Virus record (IMG/VR): IMGVR_UViG_3300025141_000042
Coordinates: 1-64,000 of that record
DNA: 64,000 nucleotides
Reading direction: 5' to 3' (one strand)
Source: a virus
The notes below the pieces were generated by a model. It worked only from the letters and a program-made list of their open reading frames with translations, was not told where the DNA came from and searched no databases. Shown here one piece after another: positions 58,662 through 64,000 of this stretch. Both the position numbers and the translations under genes were made by a program. Positions within the stretch are counted from its first letter, which is position 1; every line of letters starts with the position of its first letter.

Positions 58662-59189
58662 TTATTTTTCGCTAAAAGAAGTATTGGTTGCATGAAATGA
58701 ATCGATAATGTCCCTAAACTCATCCATCCCTGACCGATTAGACTTCTTCTTCGTCAACTTCTTAACCAACTCGGAACTGCTCTGCACTTTGCGGCCGCCG
58801 ATGGCAAACACCATTTCGATGCCGACTTCATCACACACTTCTCGCTCGCGTTGACATATCGACTCCTCATCGATGGTGCCGCCGTTGGCAAAATAATCTG
58901 GTTCTACTTTTCGCAGAGTGTTCGCAACGGTGCCATCGGCATCATCAGCAACAACAACACGGGCGACTTTCTTGATGCTCTTGAGGAGTTCAATTCGCTC
59001 CTCAAGAGTCATGAAATAGTATCCCTTTTTATCCAAGAGCCACTGGTCAGTATTCAGGATGACCACGACTCGACCATACTTGGCGGCGGCACGGATAAGT
59101 TGGAGGTGTCCGATGTGAATCGGATCAAACCCCCCACTAATAGCAACCAGTTTATTTTTTCTCTTCTTCTTACCGGTCATTTGGATCAC
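58662..59189 (-). CDS. Cytidylyltransferase-like (HIGH) protein, RfaE/TagD-type
   Basis: SGGFDPIHIGH; LNTD; FANGG; KVQSSS. Confidence 0.88.
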   Translation of the reverse strand: MIQMTGKKKRKNKLVAISGGFDPIHIGHLQLIRAAAKYGRVVVILNTDQWLLDKKGYYFMTLEERIELLKSIKKVARVVVADDADGTVANTLRKVEPDYFANGGTIDEESICQREREVCDEVGIEMVFAIGGRKVQSSSELVKKLTKKKSNRSGMDEFRDIIDSFHATNTSFSEK

Positions 59190-62100
59190 CCAAGGAGTTT
59201 GAAATATCTTGTGATACTGCGAGTTGAGAAACCCCAGACCGGATCATAATCCAGTTTTGCCATGTAGGGGTGATTCGTGTGGATCATATCTCTGCCCTTC
59301 TGGATACCCCAGCACTTAATCGCGGCAGACTCACTGTTCTTATCGATTGCCTCAACGAGCCACCAATCCTTACCATGCTTGGTCTTCTTTGGGATAACTT
59401 TCCTGGGTATGAACCACACTACGCCCAGTCCTTCATCGAATTCGCTGATGGGCGGAACAGCAACCTCTTCCAGTCGGCGCTCCACTTCCTTGGTCATGAC
59501 CAGATCGAAAGGAAAGAGACCGGTGAGATCAATAAGATTCTCTAGTTTTTCCTCGGCAGTAAAATCTCCTTCTGGAGCGAATTTCTCGATGTTCTCCTTA
59601 AGGTTCTTTTCCTTCCTGGGTCTGTCGCTTGCAATTGCCATCCAAAAGTGTTTCAGACCTGTGAACCTTTCATCCACCAATGCATTCATTGCCTGTGATC
59701 GAACAAGGGCATCAATGCTCTTCTTGTTTACTTTCGAGTATGACATACGCTCATTGAAGAGGAAATCCTCAACCGTCTTGAATGGGCGGTGCTCAACGAT
59801 CTCTTTAATTGCTGCATCCCCTAGACCCTTGACACTGGATAGTGGTTGAATCAACGTCTTTCCATCTTCGCTTATCTCCCATGTAAATCCGCTCGTGTTT
59901 ATATCGAGTTTCCTAATTCCGAAACCCATGCTTCGGGCAATGTTAATTGCTTTCTCTTTACGTGCTTCCGGTTCTTTGTCTAGGAATGCTGCCATCCATT
60001 CAGATGGGTAATAGTTTAACAACCACGCACATTGAAACGAGAGAATACTGTAACTCAAGGCATGGGACTTATTGAAACCGTACCCGGAAAAGTATTCGAA
60101 ATTATCCCACAACTTCTGTGCTTTATCAGCATGGATATCCTTCTCAAGGCATCCAGTGATGAACTTGTCGTGGATCTTCGTCTTTAATTTGTCTTTCTGG
60201 GAACCCTTCTTTGTGAGGATCTTGCGAAGCATATTCCCTTCGTCCAGACTGAGGTCTTTGCCCAAGCGGTGGGCAAGCAATGCAATCTGTTCTTGAAAGA
60301 TCATAAACCCGTAAGTCTCTTTCGTAATCTCTTTCACAATCTTGTGTTCGTATTTGATATTATCCGGACTCTTTTTCGCTGAGATGTAATTCTTGTCAAC
60401 CTTGGCAGACAAGGGTCCAGGGCGATAGATGCTTGTAATCGCAGACAGGTCAACAATGTTCTTCGGCTTTACCTGCTTGCAGAATCTCTGGGCGCCTCCT
60501 TCTGTGAATTGGAATATGCCTGCCCAGCGACCCTTCTGGAAGACCCCTTTATACACCTTCTGATCATCCAGGTCAATCACGTTCGGATGGAGATTCTTTT
60601 CGTAAAAATCTTTCACATCACTGAAGGATGGATCTGGATTGTTGTGGTGCCTCTTGAGGATGTGCGTGATTGCCGATTCCATCATGCGCAAAGATGCTAG
60701 ACCCAGGATATCAAACTTAATAAACCCCATGGGTTCTAGGTGGCGGACATTCTGACCCTCACTCCATGGAGTCTGCTTGACGCCTCCGCTGTTAATGATG
60801 GGCATATGCCTGTCTAAGTTATCGCCAACAACGACGCCGCCGGCATGGCGCGAACAACTGCGGATTTGACCATAGAGTGCATCAATGTCTGTGGCGGCCG
60901 TCGGGTATTTGCGGAAGAAATCCTGCAAAGTCGGACTGTGCTCCTTTACTTCCTCGAAAGTAGGGATATACATGCCAGCAGACATGCCCTTCGCCTTCTT
61001 GGCAAGCGGTGTGGCCTCTTTCATCATTACGCTGGTTACAATGTTCACCTCTTTAAACGGGATCCCTTGCATCTTACTAATGTCTTTAATAAGGGACTTA
61101 AGTTGGAGGGTGTTCCAGTTGGAAATCGGCACAACTTTATCCTCACCCCACTCTTCGATTAGAACCTCTTTGAGAACCATGGGATCCGAAACGTCATAAT
61201 CTATATCAGGGAAACCTGCGTCTTTCTGGTTTCTCGTCATGAACCGCTCGAACAGCAAGTCATACTTAAGAGGATCTACCTGCGTGATCCCCAGGACATA
61301 CGCCACCAAGGAACCGGCGGCACTGCCGCGAGCAGGACCGACCAACTGGCGGGAAGAGGCGATATCAGCAATAGCTTTCATCGTCAGAAAGTATTGTGAA
61401 AAATCATTAATATTAATGACCTCCAACTCCTCAGTCAACCTCTCTACATAAACAGACCTCTTATTGAGACCGGCGGATTTAAGTCCCGCAGTGGCACACT
61501 CCACAAGCGCATCGGCCGGGGTCTTGCCCTCGGGTACCACGAAACTTGGTAATCGTACCGTATTATCTGGTAGAAACCTGGATATTCTGACATGGGCAAT
61601 GTTATGTGTTTCGGCGATAGAGTCGCGTACCAGATTATCATCGTATTCATATCCGCAATCCTTTGAGTAGGACTTATAAGACTCCCACATCTCATCCCCG
61701 TTTTTGGGGTAAAGTTGGTATGCCATCCCATCAATATCTTCTGGGAGTTCTGAGTTTTCAGTCCCTTTTCCAATCCAACCTAATTGTTTGTAAACTTCTC
61801 TTTGCTTCCAGGATTGGGGGTTCGGGTAGTGACTGTCGGCCGTGCTGATCATCTTCAGATCGAACTCTTTTGCTATCTCAATAATGTGCTTGTTGAGTTG
61901 ATGCTGCTCGTCGATCCTGTTCCATTGCAATTCCGCATACCATCTGTCTCCGAAGATATCAACCATCTTCGATGTGGTCGTGCGCATGGCGTCCCTCACT
62001 GCGTCAGGACCGCTGTCACGGTTCTCCCAGAAGTCGCCTGCATAGACGCCGCCGAGACATGCGGATGCTGCTATGACCCCACTGTTGTGCTCCTGGAGCA

Positions 62101-62620
62101 TATCATAATCTATCCTAGGGAATCGATAATAATTCCCCTCGCGGTAACTCTTGCTGATCAGGGTAAAGATATTATTCAAACCTTCCTGGTTCTGTGCCAG
62201 GAGGATCAAATGGCGCCGCTTATTCAAGATGCTCTTTATTGCTTTCTTGGTTTCCTGCTCATCTTCGACTGTGGCACCAGAGACATCATCATCCAACTTT
62301 GCTGACTTCTTCTTGCTCGCTGCCTTCTCTTCTTTGATGCGCTCGTACTCTGAGCGCCACTCTTTAATCGAGGGAATGAAGTATGCTTCGACTCCAAAAA
62401 TGGGTTTAAAATCTTTGCCATCTTGCTCCATCTTCTTGGCATGTAGCACCTGGTATGCCAAACCATTCATGTTCCCATGATCGGTGAGTGCCAAAGCATC
62501 CATGCCATTTTCGTAAGCAAAATCCATGTGTGCTTGTGGGTAACCTAGTCCGTCAAAGACGCTAGCAACAGAGTGGGCATGGAGGCCGACGAAAGGGATG
62601 GAGGAGACTTTTCTTTGCAT
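59186..62620 (-). CDS. dnaE: DNA polymerase III alpha subunit (family C, with PHP domain)
   Basis: GLHAHS; LTDHG; RGSAAGSL; FPDIDYD; HAGGV; KFDILGL; GFNKSHA. Confidence 0.97.
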   Translation of the reverse strand: MQRKVSSIPFVGLHAHSVASVFDGLGYPQAHMDFAYENGMDALALTDHGNMNGLAYQVLHAKKMEQDGKDFKPIFGVEAYFIPSIKEWRSEYERIKEEKAASKKKSAKLDDDVSGATVEDEQETKKAIKSILNKRRHLILLAQNQEGLNNIFTLISKSYREGNYYRFPRIDYDMLQEHNSGVIAASACLGGVYAGDFWENRDSGPDAVRDAMRTTTSKMVDIFGDRWYAELQWNRIDEQHQLNKHIIEIAKEFDLKMISTADSHYPNPQSWKQREVYKQLGWIGKGTENSELPEDIDGMAYQLYPKNGDEMWESYKSYSKDCGYEYDDNLVRDSIAETHNIAHVRISRFLPDNTVRLPSFVVPEGKTPADALVECATAGLKSAGLNKRSVYVERLTEELEVININDFSQYFLTMKAIADIASSRQLVGPARGSAAGSLVAYVLGITQVDPLKYDLLFERFMTRNQKDAGFPDIDYDVSDPMVLKEVLIEEWGEDKVVPISNWNTLQLKSLIKDISKMQGIPFKEVNIVTSVMMKEATPLAKKAKGMSAGMYIPTFEEVKEHSPTLQDFFRKYPTAATDIDALYGQIRSCSRHAGGVVVGDNLDRHMPIINSGGVKQTPWSEGQNVRHLEPMGFIKFDILGLASLRMMESAITHILKRHHNNPDPSFSDVKDFYEKNLHPNVIDLDDQKVYKGVFQKGRWAGIFQFTEGGAQRFCKQVKPKNIVDLSAITSIYRPGPLSAKVDKNYISAKKSPDNIKYEHKIVKEITKETYGFMIFQEQIALLAHRLGKDLSLDEGNMLRKILTKKGSQKDKLKTKIHDKFITGCLEKDIHADKAQKLWDNFEYFSGYGFNKSHALSYSILSFQCAWLLNYYPSEWMAAFLDKEPEARKEKAINIARSMGFGIRKLDINTSGFTWEISEDGKTLIQPLSSVKGLGDAAIKEIVEHRPFKTVEDFLFNERMSYSKVNKKSIDALVRSQAMNALVDERFTGLKHFWMAIASDRPRKEKNLKENIEKFAPEGDFTAEEKLENLIDLTGLFPFDLVMTKEVERRLEEVAVPPISEFDEGLGVVWFIPRKVIPKKTKHGKDWWLVEAIDKNSESAAIKCWGIQKGRDMIHTNHPYMAKLDYDPVWGFSTRSITRYFKLLG

Positions 62621-62650
62621 AGATGATCCGTTCGTTAGAGTTCAGGCAAT

Positions 62651-62679
62651 ATAATAGCAGGTCTTAACAGACATGTCAA
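62651..62679 (-). promoter_or_regulatory. sigma70-type promoter for dnaE
   Basis: TTGACA-17-TATTAT with TG extension. Confidence 0.8.
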
Positions 62680-62698
62680 GACATTTGTTGTGTTTTTG

Positions 62699-62711
62699 TA
62701 AGTGCTTGATT
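62699..62711 (-). promoter_or_regulatory. IHF consensus site
   Basis: AATCAAGCACTTA matches WATCAANNNNTTR. Confidence 0.5.
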
Positions 62712-62731
62712 TTGCTTAGGTAATCGTCAAC

Positions 62732-63466
62732 TCATCCCAGTTGACGGAAGACCACATCTGGGCGGCCGGACTCATAAGCACCAATTTTGGCCTTCAGATC
62801 ATCTGGTATTTCTTCAATAGATTTATATTTCTTCAGTTCATCGGCATATATGCTCGTTCTTGGATCAAAAATATTGACTGCCTCGTATTTCCAGTCGGAG
62901 GGAGCATACTGATCGTTCCATGCCCATGCGTCTGCAACTTTACCAAAACCACTCTTCTTGTAAAAACCGGTTAAGAAACCGTCAAAGTGATCTAGTTTCT
63001 GACCACCATTGCGAATTGCTGCATCCATCATTTCACGACCGATGCCGCCGATGCCGGAATTGTTGTGGACGCTAACAATATCCCCGTCTTCTTTGATAGC
63101 AAAACCGAGATTGTGTTCCTTCAGTTTGAACAATCTCATGCTTGCCAAATCTTTTTGGGAGTAGGACGTGAGGAAGCCGCCCCTCTTGCCCGAGTTGAGA
63201 GAATCCATGAATCCCTGTGGGTTTTGTTCTTCCCATTCGTCTGCCCTTATCATGCCCAATACAGAATCGTTATCACCGTCTTCACCAATCGCAAAGACGT
63301 TTGCCATCATCTCTTGCTCGGCAGCCATTCTTAGGTAGTCATCCGGCGAACCATTGCCTGGTTCCTGCAATGGCATCTCTTCTTTCTCCACAAGAGACTC
63401 CGCCAATACGTTCTGTGTGGCCAGTCTCTTATAGTGAGTTCTCCATTTATCCATTATCTGCTTCAT
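62732..63466 (-). CDS. GNAT-like protein with class-A-like leader (MKQIMDKWR..VLAE)
   Basis: DIVSVHN..GIGREMMDAAIRNGG.KLDHFDGFLTGFYKKSGF. Confidence 0.7.
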   Translation of the reverse strand: MKQIMDKWRTHYKRLATQNVLAESLVEKEEMPLQEPGNGSPDDYLRMAAEQEMMANVFAIGEDGDNDSVLGMIRADEWEEQNPQGFMDSLNSGKRGGFLTSYSQKDLASMRLFKLKEHNLGFAIKEDGDIVSVHNNSGIGGIGREMMDAAIRNGGQKLDHFDGFLTGFYKKSGFGKVADAWAWNDQYAPSDWKYEAVNIFDPRTSIYADELKKYKSIEEIPDDLKAKIGAYESGRPDVVFRQLG

Positions 63467-63662
63467 CGTATAACTCCTTAATGAACTTGTCGGCCTCGTC
63501 CTTCGTTGGGAAACTGGCCAGTGTTAAGATTGTTGGGTTGTATTTGAACAGTGCCCTGGCAATATAGCATTCGCTATCAAACTTTGGATCGGAGTATTTC
63601 TCCGACCACAGAGCAGCAATCTCAGAATCTAAAAGGTAACAACCATCGTGCAATTTTTTCAC
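63447..63662 (-). CDS. Small hypothetical protein
   Basis: SD AGGAG; GTG start. Confidence 0.6.
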   Translation of the reverse strand: MKKLHDGCYLLDSEIAALWSEKYSDPKFDSECYIARALFKYNPTILTLASFPTKDEADKFIKELYDEADNG

Positions 63663-63684
63663 TCTATAACTCCTATAAGTAGAA

Positions 63685-64000
63685 TTAAATATCTTTTATG
63701 TTATCTTTGCCAAACGGATTAAGTTCGTGATACTTTAAGATCATCTTTGGTTTCACCACATATTTTGCATAATCGCTGCCCATATACTTGGCGTAACCTT
63801 CCCAGTTATCTATATTGAAGTATCTCTCGGTCTCCATTACCGTCTGACCATCTAAATTTATATCTCCGAACACCTTCTCAATTGGAAAGTGCCTTGCACT
63901 ATACCTCTCTTCCTTTGGGAGTAAATCCCCTTTTACTGTCTTTTCTTTTTCATCGAAATAGGCACCAGGAGCATACACTCCCGTTCCCCCTCTTATGATC
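63685..64000 (-). CDS. 5'-partial hypothetical protein
   Basis: Frame is open to the right edge of the window. Confidence 0.6.
   Translation of the reverse strand, partial: IIRGGTGVYAPGAYFDEKEKTVKGDLLPKEERYSARHFPIEKVFGDINLDGQTVMETERYFNIDNWEGYAKYMGSDYAKYVVKPKMILKYHELNPFGKDNIKDI

Noticed and set aside
59186-62620. Intein or intron in dnaE
   Set aside because: Length and motif order are normal, with no splicing or homing-endonuclease motifs.

Overview
This 64 kb window reads as part of a large lytic dsDNA (jumbo-type) bacteriophage genome. It is densely coding and almost entirely on the minus strand. No host housekeeping operons, CRISPR array, integrase, terminase or recognisable major structural genes are visible. 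Recognisable genes: DnaE-type DNA polymerase III alpha, dUTPase, C5-cytosine and N6-adenine methyltransferases, ClpP, GroEL, Hsp20, glutaredoxin, a MoxR-like AAA ATPase with a HExxH/VWA partner, a HAD phosphomannomutase, a di-iron ferritin-like protein, a metallophosphoesterase, two cell-wall peptidases, and tRNA-Gly(GCC). A >1000-aa ORF missed by the ORF track (<1-3026, minus) fuses an RNA-ligase-like domain to a HIGH-type nucleotidyltransferase. The most striking uncatalogued structure is about 15 unrelated proteins carrying one of four short shared N-terminal leaders, most ending in [ILM]-x-E, on cargoes such as ParB/Srx, GNAT, ART-like, PcfJ-like and Pol-beta NTase domains. This looks like a modular capsid-targeting and protease-release system for injected effectors. 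Also present: about 15 small SH3/KOW-like paralogues; two promoter classes (sigma70 consensus, often with GATC in the spacer, and a CTANTTA motif often placed for leaderless transcripts); a ROSE-like thermometer before hsp20; a candidate terminus/packaging region at 21-28 kb; and myxobacterial-style lipoproteins hinting at the host. Functional calls rest on motifs read by eye; no searches were run.
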